Of a stretch of 64,000 nucleotides of DNA, positions 52,301-63,715 are shown piece by piece. A program made the translations under genes and the position numbers. The notes below the pieces were generated by a model. It made no database searches and was not told where the DNA came from. It saw nothing but the letters and a program-made list of their open reading frames with translations. This DNA is from Eledone cirrhosa. Lineage: Eukaryota. The stretch spans positions 101,370,001-101,434,000 of the forward strand of contig OZ024746.1 in NCBI GenBank assembly GCA_964016885.1. Reading direction: 5' to 3'. The first letter of the stretch is position 1; every line of letters begins with the position of its first letter.

Positions 52301-52899
52301 CAGTAAAGATCTAGATGGTATAGTCCTACAGTGAAGATCTAGATGGTGTAGTCCCACAGTAAAGATCTAGATGGTATAGTCCTACAGTGAAGATCTAGAT
52401 GGTGTAGTCCTACAGTGAAGATCTAGATGGTGTAGTCCTACAGTAAAGATCTAGATGGTATAGTCCTACAGTGAAGATCTAGATGGTGTAGTCCTACAGT
52501 GAAGATCTAGATGGTGTAGTCCTACAGTGAAGATCTAGATGGTGTAGTCCTACAGTGAAGATCTAGATGGTGTAGTCCTACAGTGAAGATCTAGATGGTG
52601 TAGTCCTACAGTGAAGATCTAGATGGTGTAGTCCTACAGTGAAGATCTAGATGGTGTAGTCCTACAGTGAAGATCTAGATGGTGTAGTCCTACAGTGAAG
52701 ATCTAGATGGTGTAGTCCTACAGTGAAGATCTAGATGGTGTAGTCCTACAGTAAAGATCTAGATGGTATAGTCCTACAGTGAAGATCTAGATGGTGTAGT
52801 CCTACAGTAAAGATCTAGATGGTGTCGTCCTACAGTAAAGATCTAGATGGTGTAGTCCTATAGTAAAGATCTAGATGGTATAGTCCTACAGTGAAGATC
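46367..52899. repeat. 28-bp satellite array (~200 copies) with higher-order structure
   Basis: Unit tctagatggtgtagtcctacagt(g/a)aaga. Confidence 0.98.
50323..51020. mobile_element. hAT (Charlie/Buster-like) non-autonomous element, 698 bp
   Basis: TIRs CACAGGTTCTCAAC / GTTGAGAACCTTTG; perfect 8-bp TSD GTCTAGAT at 50315-50322 and 51021-51028. Confidence 0.93.
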
Positions 52900-53204
52900 A
52901 GGTGATACTGTATGGATATATAGGTACACATACAGCAGGTCGGTGCACAGGTAAGTGACCCTGGTACACCGTCCTAAGGGACTCCCCCACAAGCTCACAC
53001 ACACAGGCATGTGTAGATATGTATATATGCACATACATAAGCAGGCACACGTGCACATATCTACCCATCACGCAGCCACATAAATGTACATACATACACA
53101 AGCACATGTGCACATATACAAATATACACACACATATACATACATACTCAAACATACATGTGAATGACCCACAGATTCATACACAGTATATATGTCTATA
53201 CATA

Positions 53205-53612
53205 TGTCAGTGTATATACACTAAGACATGTCTCTACATACGTCGGTATATATACACTAAGAAATGTCTCTACATACGTCAGTGTATATACACTAAGACA
53301 TGTCTCTACATACGTCAGCATATATACACTAAGACACGTCTCTACATTTGTCAGTAGGCATGTCTCTACACATGTCAGTATATATACACTAAGACATGTC
53401 TCTACATATGTCAGTATATATACACACTAAGACACGTCTCTACATTTGTCAGTATATATACACTAAGACATGTCTCTACATACGTCAGTGTATATACACT
53501 AAGACATGTCTCTACATACGTCAGTGTATATATACTAAGACATGTCTCTACATACGTCAGTGTATATATACTAAGACATGTCTCTACATACGTCAGTGTA
53601 TATACACTAAGA
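53205..53612. repeat. 36-bp minisatellite, ~11 copies
   Basis: Unit gtcagtgtatatacactaagacatgtctctacatac. Confidence 0.92.
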
Positions 53613-53736
53613 CTTTACCTCACATAATATCTCACATAACATTTACATTACTCTATATATACTATTGTATTTTCACAGTAAAGGCTTTACCTCACATAAT
53701 ATCTCACATAAAATTTACATTACTCTATATATACTA
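53611..53736. repeat. Two inverted units of the 60-bp minisatellite
   Basis: ctttacctcacataatatctcacataacatttacattactctatatatactattg is the reverse complement of the 33286-34127 unit. Confidence 0.92.
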
Positions 53737-55393
53737 CAGGAGAAGTACCTAGCTAAAAGTAAACCCCTATACTTAGCTTTTGTTGACTTGGAGAAAGCCT
53801 TAGACAGAGTCCCTCGTTCCATTATCTGGTGGGCTCTTAGAAAACAAGGTGTTGATGAATGACTTGTGAGAATTATACAAGCCATGTATAAAGAAACAGT
53901 CAGCAAGGTTAGAATTAACAACGAATATAGTGAAGAGTTTAGCGTAAAAGTTGGTGTTCATCAGGGCTCTGTCCTAGCACCCCTCCTATTTATTATTGCC
54001 CTTCAGGCCATAACAGAGGAGTTCAAGACCGGCTGCCCATGGGAACTTCTATACGCAGATAATCTAACGCTCATAGCTGAATCAATGGCTGAACTAGAGA
54101 AGAAATTCCAAACATGGAAGCATGGCCTAGAATCAAAAGGCCTTAAAGTTAACCTGTCTAAGACTAAAGTTCTAGTGTGTAGGAAGGAAAATAGGGCACT
54201 GGTCCCATCTGGGAAATGGCCATGCTCAGTGTGTAGGAAAGGAGTAGGTAGAAATTCCATTTTATGTCCGAAATGCAAAGTATGGGTGCATAAAAGATGT
54301 AGTGGGATCACAGGTAAGCTAACTAAGAACATAGATTTTATATGTAGCCAGTGCTCAGGTGCAATAAGTAGCAAGTGCCCACAGGATACTAGCTCCTTCT
54401 ATTGCCCAGATGGTTCTATAGATTTAGTGGACACTTTCCGTTACCTGGGTGACAAAATCAGCAGTGAGGGAGGGCGCTCTGAAAGTACAGTAGCTAGAGT
54501 CAGAACGGGATGGAAAAAGTTCAGAGAGCTTATACCGCTAAAAGTTTCTCTCTAAAAATGAAAGGCAGGCTGTATGATGCCTGCATACGAACAGCAATGT
54601 TACATGGTAGTGAGACCTGGGCATTGTGTGCAGAGGATATACGCAGACTGGAGAGAAACGAAGCTTGCATGCTCCTCTGGATGTGTAATAGTAATATACA
54701 TGAACGGCAAAGCATAAATGAACTAAGTGAGAAATTAGGTAGAAGAGGGATCAGATGCTGTTTACTTGAGAGAAGACTACGTTGGTATGGTCACGTGATG
54801 CGCATGAAAGACGACAGCTGCATAAAAAAGTGCAGGGCGATCAAAATTGATGGATGTTACGGAGTAGGCAGATCCAGAAAAACCTGGGACGATTTGATAA
54901 ATTCCGACCTTACACACTTGCACCTCTCTAAGACAATGTCACTGGACCGAGATCTTTGGTGCTACCCAGTAATATAGAAGACCCACCTTGCCTAAGTACA
55001 AAGCGAAACCTACAGTCAGTAGGCACCTCTTAATCAAATATACACCCCCATCCCACTACCCCAACTTCCCCACTCCCACCAACACCACCCTCTCTCTGTA
55101 AAGTTATGTTGGTACCACAACATCAAGTCCTAAATAAATGAGGTTGTGTAGGTGTCACGACAAAAAAACACACACAGTCCACGCTGTAATGTGGCCGTGT
55201 AGGTAACACGGTAAAAAGCTCCCAGTTCACACTGTAAACATGGTTGGTGTTAGGAAGGGCATCCAGCCGTAGAAAACCTGCAAGACAGTCCTGTACGAGA
55301 GAGACGACCAATCTTGCCTTAAGTGGGACAATTCCCGTCTAACCCATGCTAGCGTGGAAGATAGACGTTAAACGATGATGATGATGATGATGA
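53737..55393 (+). mobile_element. 5'-truncated RTE LINE (RT C-terminal half, 3' UTR, (GAT)n tail)
   Basis: LAFVDLEKALDRV, GVHQGSVLAPLLF, LLYADNL, PHD-like CSVC..CPKC..HKRC, RRLRWYGHVMR; stop codon and frameshift present. Confidence 0.93.
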
Positions 55394-55462
55394 ATTCCTA
55401 TTACCATGGCACCTTTAATCTTGCATGCATTGTTGGGCTTCCAAATATTTAAACTTATTTAA

Positions 55463-55537
<75 letters not shown>

Positions 55538-55578
55538 CGAAACATAAGTCAATTGCATGAACTCATAATCCTTTATTT

Positions 55579-55634
55579 ACTGCTATATATATTTCGATGA
55601 TAGCCATTGAATGGCTATGACCTCATCAGGCAGT
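55579..55634 (-). ncRNA. Minimal type I hammerhead ribozyme
   Basis: ACUGC-CUGAUGA-GGUCAUAGCCAU-UCA-AUGGCUAUCAUC-GAAA-UAUAUA-UA-GCAGU, followed by AAUAAA. Confidence 0.82.
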
Positions 55635-56766
55635 TAGTCAGTTCTTAGATATGCCAGCACTGTGTGTATAGTGTTGATGGTATCAGAGCCTTGGGACATA
55701 TGAGCTTGTTAGGAATACTTTGATGTTGTCAGCAGGAATGGTCTTGATTCTCATTGGTCAGTTTGTAGATGGTAGTAGGTTGGAAATTGACTTCAAAGAG
55801 GCAGGTGGTTCTGTAAGGTTCAAACCGTCAGGCAAGATGACAATAGTTCCACATGACTGATTTTCACAAAAGGCATTCTTGGTCAGATTTATTTTCAAAT
55901 AAGATTAATAGTATGAAATAGATACTACAGGTCATTCTTAAATTGAGGAATTTATGTGGAGTGGTGCTACTGAAAATTATGGCTGGAGTAGAAAGTTTAC
56001 AAATAGAAAGGCTTATGTAGGTTGGCTTGCACTACACTCACACCCACCCCACAGACACACACATTCACACATACAAAAAGTGGGGTGGTAATACTTAATA
56101 TAATGGTTAGAGTCCAATACTTAGATAGTTTAGAAAATTTAGAAATAAAAGGTTTATGCTGGTTCACTTGTACATACACTCACACCTACCCCCTCAAACA
56201 CTCACACATCTACACACACAAATCCATATATATATATATATATATATGAATAAAGTTAGTCCTTCATCAGTGATCTTCCAACCATCATTGGTATTTCATC
56301 GCTTTAAAGACCATATACCTCCGGTTGGTGCGAGCAACGGCTAAAGAAAGTCGTTGGGACACGTAAATAAGGGGAATGAGCGAGAGTGTAAACAAACAAA
56401 GATGGTAAAGCAACGAAAAGTGAGGAAGAAAGAGTCAAGTCCCAGATTTCCATGAATATAAGTTCAGTGAAATCGTGAACGAGAGAGAATAAAGACCATC
56501 AAACCTAGTCGAAATATGAGCAAGGAAGGAATTCTGCACAGGTCAAACGGGAGGAAGAAGGAGTCTAGTCTGTGAATTCAGTGAACATAAGTTCTGTGAA
56601 ATCGTAGATGAGAGAGAGAAAAAGGAAACCAGCCTGGTCAAGCGTGCGTGAGAAAAGAATTACGCACAGGTCAAACGGGAGGAAGTAGGAGAGTATATAT
56701 TATGAAATATATATATATATTATGAAATACTGTTGGCTTCATGCTCACAACAATTTCTATACTTTA

Positions 56767-56838
<72 letters not shown>

Positions 56839-56987
56839 GTATATATATATAGAAATATATATGAGAAAAACCACAAACCCTCTATCTCAATTCTACTTTT
56901 GAAAATCATAAACCTGTGAAACTGGTAAAGGAAACAAATAAATATTCTTAAAAAGACTCCAATTACATTTTAGATTTCATTATATTA

Positions 56988-57170
56988 GATTGGCAGTATC
57001 GGTAGAGGGTCGGACGCCATGCTTTGATGTATAGAGTTACGGCCCTTGCCATTCTGAGTTCAAATTCCGCTGAGGTTAACATTGCCTTTCATCCTTACGG
57101 GGTCAATAAAATAAAGTACCAGTAATGTACTGGGTATTTGTTGGCCTTGTGCCAAAAGTAGAAACAATTA
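56988..57170 (+). mobile_element. tRNA-derived SINE (family A), sense orientation
   Basis: tggcagtatcggtagag...ctgagttcaaattccg...gcctttcatccttacgggg. Confidence 0.85.
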
Positions 57171-57299
57171 TATTCCTTATACTTCCACTGTTTAGTTGGT
57201 TTTTGCTTCTGTATCTTTTATATGTCCATAGTTAATTTATTTGGCAATCAACGTTTATCATTGATTGACCAATGGTTAAAAATACAGATATAAATATAT

Positions 57300-57424
57300 A
57301 ATAATTGAATATAAAAGAAAAACGAACACAGATATATACATATATGTGTTCAAATCGTAAGGGACCAGATTTGAACACATATATGTATATATCCGTGTTC
57401 GTTTTTCTTTTATATTCAATTATA
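57300..57424. repeat. Near-perfect inverted repeat (~57-bp arms, 11-nt spacer)
   Basis: tataattgaatataaaagaaaaacgaacac...gtgttcaaatc-gtaagggacca-gatttgaacac...gttcgtttttcttttatattcaattata. Confidence 0.9.
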
Positions 57425-57530
57425 ATATGCAGCTCGGAAAAATCTCTTTCCTAGAGCTATTTCATTGTAAGAGACTATTTTGAGTTTCTAACTCAATATA
57501 TACCTTTGATATAAATATATATATATATAT

Positions 57531-57582
57531 AGTCTATCAAAGTTCTTTCGTTGCACATCTGCAACATCATCAGTGGTACTAT
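57531..57582 (-). ncRNA. Degenerate hammerhead at the 3' end of a Penelope-like element
   Basis: CUGAUGA-U-GUUGCA-GAUG-UGCAAC-GAAA; stems I and III eroded. Confidence 0.5.
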
Positions 57583-57894
57583 TATTATGTTCCCTCCTAT
57601 TGCATTGTATCGTATTGTATTGTAATGTCTACACCATTTTTATTTTATTTATTTATTTATTTATTTATTTCTTCTTTTCTCCATCTCTGCGCATGCATTT
57701 GCGTGTGTGTATAATGTTTGGTGTGTGTGTTCACGTTTGAGTGTATGTGTTTTGGTTTTTGTATTCTATCTTTGTTCACTAGTATGTGTTTATATGTGTT
57801 TGTTGTTATTGTACTTGTGTATATATTTATTTATTCATTTATTTATATTTCCCTTAAGTCAGTATTGTTTGTTTGGGTACGGTTGTTGTTGTTG

Positions 57895-58700
57895 TTATTC
57901 CATTCGTTTTTTTCTGTTTAACTTTGGTCTTCTAAGCTCTATTTCACTTGCTTCTCTGATTTGCCTACCTGTTGAGTCATTTCTATGTTTAGATATTATT
58001 TTAATTTCTATGTTGTCTATGTTACCGCCATGTTGTTGTCTGGCGAGTTTGTATAGTACTAAACCATTTTTTTGTCCTTTAAATTCCCCCCAGTGTTGGT
58101 CTATTCTTTCTTTTATGCTTTGACCTGTCCCACCTATGTATGTCCTTATGTTTCTGTAAGTACCCTCAGTACCTCTTATACTATAGACTACATTTCTAGT
58201 TTTACAGTTTATCTGGGGGTTCATTTTACATATAACACATTTCCTATTAGTACAGTGGGTTTTCTTAAAGTGGTATGTTTTGCTGATCAGGGATTTTATG
58301 GTAGTTCCTGGCTTTTCTACCACTTTAATCTTTAAGGGCCTTTCTACATTGGTTAACTAATTTCCCCCCAGGAGTAGCGTCCACAAACATGACACTGGTT
58401 GTCATACCATGAAGTGGCTTACTCTATCTTATGTTTAGTCCTATCTAAGCTATTCCATTATTTGCTCCTGTATAATGGGCAAATTCCTTTCATGTCCAGT
58501 TCTATGAGGGTGTTATACTTCTCCGTGGCTCCTTCATATACCCTAATTCTGTCTCTTTGGTTGTAGCCAGAGAACTGCATGCGGTTGATAAAGTGTTGGA
58601 TGTGTCTTTCCATTTCAGTTGGGTCGCACATGCGGGACACATTCTTCATCACTCGTACCAAGTCTGCCATCAGAATATTAAACTTAGCACTATTTCAACT
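57895..58700 (-). mobile_element. Penelope-like element 3' fragment (thumb/linker plus GIY-YIG)
   Basis: FINRMQFSGY; CVICK..NCKTRNVVYSI..TYIGGTGQSIKERIDQH..RQIREA..PKLNRKKR. Confidence 0.88.
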
Positions 58701-58719
58701 TCTTTTTCCTATATATACA

Positions 58720-58896
58720 CACACTGTAAACGTGGTTGGTGTTAGGAAGGGCATCCAGCCATAGAAAACCTGCCAGACAGTCCTATATGAGCGAGACACG
58801 GTCTCCCGACCAATTTTGCCTCAAGTGGGACAATTCCCATCTAAACCCATGCTAGCGTGGAAGATAGACGTTAAACGATGATGATGATGATGATGA
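58720..58896 (+). mobile_element. RTE 3' tail fragment
   Basis: Matches ~55228-55393. Confidence 0.85.
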
Positions 58897-59045
58897 TATA
58901 TATATGTATATATATATATATATCTATATATATATATATATATATATTGCTGGAGCGGCAACCGCTCTGTTTAATCAGCTCTTAAACATTATTGGAATTC
59001 TATAAGGATCCAGCTTCTATAATTCTCAGTAGAAACGTATGGGTA

Positions 59046-59094
59046 AGTAGTCTTGACAACCGCTAACGACCAAGAAACAGGACTGTCGATTACT
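59046..59094 (+). ncRNA. Type I hammerhead, U3:A8 variant with weak stem II
   Basis: AGUAGUC-UUGACAA-...-GAAA-CAGGACUG-UC-GAUUACU; 7-bp stem I; GUC triplet. Confidence 0.55.
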
Positions 59095-59252
59095 CCCTTT
59101 GTTTTTGCCGAGAATAAGTAAGTGACATAGTCACTACTTTAAAATTTATAGCGAATGGTCTTCAAAATGTTTTTAATTAAACATACAGTATATTATCAAA
59201 TATACTATACATACATTCATATCCACATCGTTATTTCAGAGCACCAATACTA

Positions 59253-59285
<33 letters not shown>

Positions 59286-59938
59286 TCATCATCATCATCG
59301 TTTAACATCTATTTTCCATGCTAGCATGGGTTAGACGGGAATTGTCCCACTTGATCAGGTGACTGTGTCCCGCTCGTATAGGACTGTATCTAGCAGGTTT
59401 TCTATGGCTGGATGCCCTTCCTAACACCAACCACATTTACAGTGTGGACTGGGAGCCTTTTTACTGTGTCTCCTACACAACCACATTGCAGTGTGGACTG
59501 TGTGCTTTTTGTCGTGGCACCTACACAACCTCTTTAGTGTGGACTGGATGTTCTGTGGTACCAACATAACTCTACAGAGAAAGGGTGGGGTCGGTGGGAG
59601 TGGGTTGGGGTGTATATTTAGTTAAGAGGTGCCTCCTACTGACTGTAGGTTTAACTTTGTACGTAAGGGAAGGTGGATCTTCTGTATTACTGTGTAGTGC
59701 CAAAGATCTCGATCCAGAGACAATGTCTTAGAGAGGTGTAAGTGTGCAAGATCTGATTTTATCATGTCGTCCCAGGTTTTTCTAGATCTACTCCGTAGCT
59801 ACAGTCTATTTTGATTGCCCCACCCTTTTTTATACAGCTGTCGTCTTTCATGCGCATCACGTGACCATACCAACGTAATCTCCTCTCAAGTAAACAGCAT
59901 CTGATTCCTCTTATTCCTAATTTCTCACTTAGTTTGTT
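59286..59938 (-). mobile_element. RTE LINE 3' fragment
   Basis: Reverse complement resembles ~54715-55393. Confidence 0.88.
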
Positions 59939-60037
59939 TATATATATATATAAGTTTATCCCGGGTTCAATCGGGAGTAACCACAGTAAGTAAGGTACTC
60001 AATAGGTAGCAGAGTATAAATATTTAATATAGAAATA

Positions 60038-60086
60038 GCTTCTACAGGACTAGAACTGTTTCATTCGAGAGAAATCATCAGGAAGC
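60038..60086 (-). ncRNA. Type I hammerhead ribozyme
   Basis: GCUUC-CUGAUGA-UUUCUCUCGAAU-GAAA-CAG-UUCUAGUC-CUG-UA-GAAGC; GUA triplet. Confidence 0.8.
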
Positions 60087-62464
60087 CTGATGATTTCTCC
60101 CGATATATATATTAAATATAAAATAAAATAAGGATGAGGTGTCAAATTTTCATTACGTTTATTGATGTGTGATGCATGTTTCGTGATTGATCAGCTCAAG
60201 GTTCTGTATCGATCAGGCGTGACTCAAAAGCTCATCAGACATCTGTTAGTGCGATGATGGAATGATTCCCGTACAGTAAAATATATATCGCATTTACAGT
60301 TTGTTATTATCACACTCTGCTTAGTACAACCCCAAAGTACATACTGGAGACTTCGCATTGAGTGCTCACTTTGGTGAACCAACAGAAAGTTGACGTTATA
60401 ATCCCTAACTATCATCATCATCGTTTAACATCCATCTTCTACACACACATATATATATATAGAGAGAGGGAGGGAGGTGGGGGTGAAAGAGGGGGGGGGG
60501 GGGTGAGAAGAAAGAGTGAACATGAAAGATTGATTATGTGAGAAAGGAAGAAAGTAAAAAAGAGAGAAACAATATGAGAGTGATTCAACTAATTGTTTGG
60601 ATTTGTTGATTTTATCTCTGTAAAAATTGTCTTTTCATAAAATCTGAAGCCTGTCTCTACAAATGAAAACTAGACCATCCATGCTAACCTAGAATGTTAG
60701 ATCCTTTTGTCAGAAAAAGGAGCATAGTAAATACATCTAGTTTGTTGACTATTCAGGTGTAGAGTTTGTCCTGTTTATTGGTTTTTATATTTATATTTTC
60801 TTCAATAAGACTCATGACCAGCATTGCTAATGTAAAACAAAGATATAAAAATTCAGTTTATATAACATTACATAAAGTAATTTTATTCATAAAACGATTA
60901 ACTCTTTCCTGGTCATATTTATAATAAATTACAATGTATTTGAATTAATGAAATATTTTGAGAGATTTACTAAAATTAATAATTATTTCAGTAAAATGAC
61001 ATTCGTAATACAACTTAACGAAAGGTTATTATATAAAATTATGTTAGAAGATCTAAATTTAAGTAGAAACACTTTAAAATGAAACAGATGGTTATGGTTA
61101 TGGTTGGAATGCCTTTGATCATAGGTTTGCTGGATAATATATTACCTATTATCACATGATCCATATGACAGGTGCAATGTGTCCGAACACGGAAGAGCCG
61201 AACTCCCACCATCATCGCCCCCATCTCTCTTGCCCTCCTCATCTTTCTGTATAGTGAGCAAATAGGGTTCCACGTGCTGGCTGCCCCACAGTCCCGATGG
61301 ACAGAATGGAGAAGGTGTTTCCCCGGAGGATGGTAAGGGAGATGTTCTGGAAGAGCCATAATGGGTGGTTTTGTTCCATAGATCCTCAGGTAATTTTGGG
61401 CCAGTTGATATCAAAAGGGTTAACTGTATCTCAAACTATTCAGCTCAATGATATCTTAGACTATGTCAGTGACTTTGCAACCATCTTTTATCCACCGCGC
61501 AGTGAACAAGGGGATAAAAGTGTTTTAAAAGTTTTATTATACAAAACATAAATTGATTTTAAGATAGAGATGCATGCAATGCAGTTCACCACAAATGAAT
61601 GCATGTGCAACCGTGTGCTGTATAAAAAGAAAACACTAAAGTTTTTAAAACTATCCTGGTAATTTCTGACTCACTGCCATAATTTGCAACATACCTGTAG
61701 TCCATACATGTCATTAAAAATATCTGCTCTATGTGACTGTTTGACGTGCTAGAAACAGCAGCCAAATATCTGCTCTATGTGACTGTTTGACGTGCTAGAA
61801 ACAGCAGCCAAATCACACCTTAAACTATTTAAAAATAGAAAGACACATTGGATAATGTAGTCTTAGTTACTCTGAGTCTGGTGAAAGACAGGATTGTCGC
61901 CGGTGAAAGACAGGATTGTCGCCGGTGAAAGGCCATAATCTTAAGCCCCTTGGTCAGAGCTAGTCTAGGGCTAAACAAAACCTACTTACAATGACCACAA
62001 TTATAACTAAAACAAAATTATTAACAGTTTATACTATATCTTAAATAACATGTGAAAAACGGAACCTCTACACTAGTTGCTTGACCTACTTGAAATAGCA
62101 ACCAAATCTCCCTCATGCTGTCTTTTAAAGGGAAGCAGGTGTAAATAGCAACCAAATGTCCACTCTGCTGTCTTGTAAAAGGAAGCAGGTGTTAGATAGT
62201 CCTAGATATACAAAAAACAAAAACAAAAAAAAACAGTGATGACAGCTGGAATGTCTTTAATTATAGGTGTGCCTAATTAAGGCTGACTTAGGTTTAAACA
62301 ATATAATTGAAACGAATGATTTTAGTAGATGGAAGGGTTAGACAATTCCAACAGTAGAATAAGTTTTATGCGATGAGAAGTTAACATTTCCTTTGTTTCC
62401 AAAAAATGTTTTTCTTTTTTTACTGTTTAATCAGAGAGGGAACGACCATTTGTTTTTTTAAGGT

Positions 62465-62882
62465 ACCCAAGGTTTGTGGTAAGAGAGGGAAGGACTGTTT
62501 GTTTTTTCAGGGCACCCAAGGCTGATGGTAAGAGAGGGAAGGACCGTTTGTTTTTTCAGGGCTCCCAAGGTAAGAGAGGGAAGGACTGTTTGTTTTTTCA
62601 GGGCACCCAAGGTAAGAGAGGGAAGGACTGTTTGTTTTTTCAGGGCACCCAAGGCTGATGGTAAGAGAGGGAAGGACCGTTTGTTTTTTCAGGGCACCCA
62701 AGGTAAGAGAGGGAAGGACTGTTTGTTTTTTCAGGGCACCCAAGGTAAGAGAGGGAAGGACCGTTTGTTTTTTCAGGGCTCCCAAGGTAAGAGAGGGAAG
62801 GACCGTTTGTTTTTTCAGGGCTCCCAAGGTAAGAGAGGGAAGGACTGTTTGTTTTTTCAGGGCTCCCAAGGCTGATGGTAAG
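62465..62882. repeat. 42-bp minisatellite (~9 copies, some with a 7-bp insert)
   Basis: Unit ggtaagagagggaaggactgtttgttttttcagggcacccaa. Confidence 0.95.
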
Positions 62883-63319
62883 AAGTTATCACTAAACTGG
62901 AGACTTAATGTGATTGCACTAGAGAATGGATCCTGGTAAAGACACCTGATGATCAAGTAATGATGTTAAACTGGATAACAAATTAACTCTATGACCCACA
63001 CACTCAGAATGCAAAGAATTAGAACAAATACTGCAAAGCATCTCACCTGATACTCTAACAATTTCAATGATCTACTGCCCTCGACTGGTACTTCATATTA
63101 TGAGTTCCAAAAGTTTGAAAAGCAAAGTTGATCTCTTCAAGTTAACTTAGAGCACAGAGTTCCAGAACAACCCCACAAGGTATTTTGTTCTCCACTTTGC
63201 TGGTTTACTGCCTCGGACTTCTTTAATTCTTCATAGCACAAAATATATTTACCTCAACTACTCTATTTTTATCACTTTTTGCTGCTGCACACATCACTAA
63301 TTTCCCCACATGGGAAACA

Positions 63320-63715
63320 TGGACCTTATCTGTTCGTCTTGAAAGACAGCTGAATGGAGCATATACAAATCTGCTCAGAAGAATCAAAAACATAAGTTGG
63401 AGATCACACGCAACACTTGAAACCATCTATGGAGATTTGTTTCCAATATCCCTCAGACTCAAGCAAAAAAAGACTACAGTTTGCTGGTTACTGTCATCGA
63501 GCTGACAAAGAAATCATTTCATCTCTCCTTCCGTGGCATCTCTCTCGATGTATCTATACACGAAAACTGACTTTCCCAGACACCATAGCTCGGGATTCAG
63601 GGTTGGACATAAGGGATCTGGGGACAACAATGCAGGACTGAACAGTGTGGAAAGGGATTATCAAGAGAGTTCCAACTGCCCGCAGAGGAGTGAAAGGATG
63701 ATTATGATGAATTTC
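63320..63715 (+). mobile_element. Degraded RTE-like LINE 3' remnant
   Basis: LNGAYTNLLR..NISW, RLQFAGYCHR motifs. Confidence 0.65.

Noticed and set aside
60164-60243. Possible minus-strand hammerhead (GAUGU-CUGAUGAG...C-GAAACAUG)
   Set aside because: Stem II is long and irregular, and the stem I/III register is unclear.
61039-61551. Overlapping 84-106 aa ORFs
   Set aside because: No recognisable motifs or splice context; probably an unclassified repeat.
61990-62006. 17-nt minus-strand microexon candidate (ttttgttttag|TTATAATTGTGGTCATT|gtaagt)
   Set aside because: Good splice signals but no homology support; adjacent to a repeat end.
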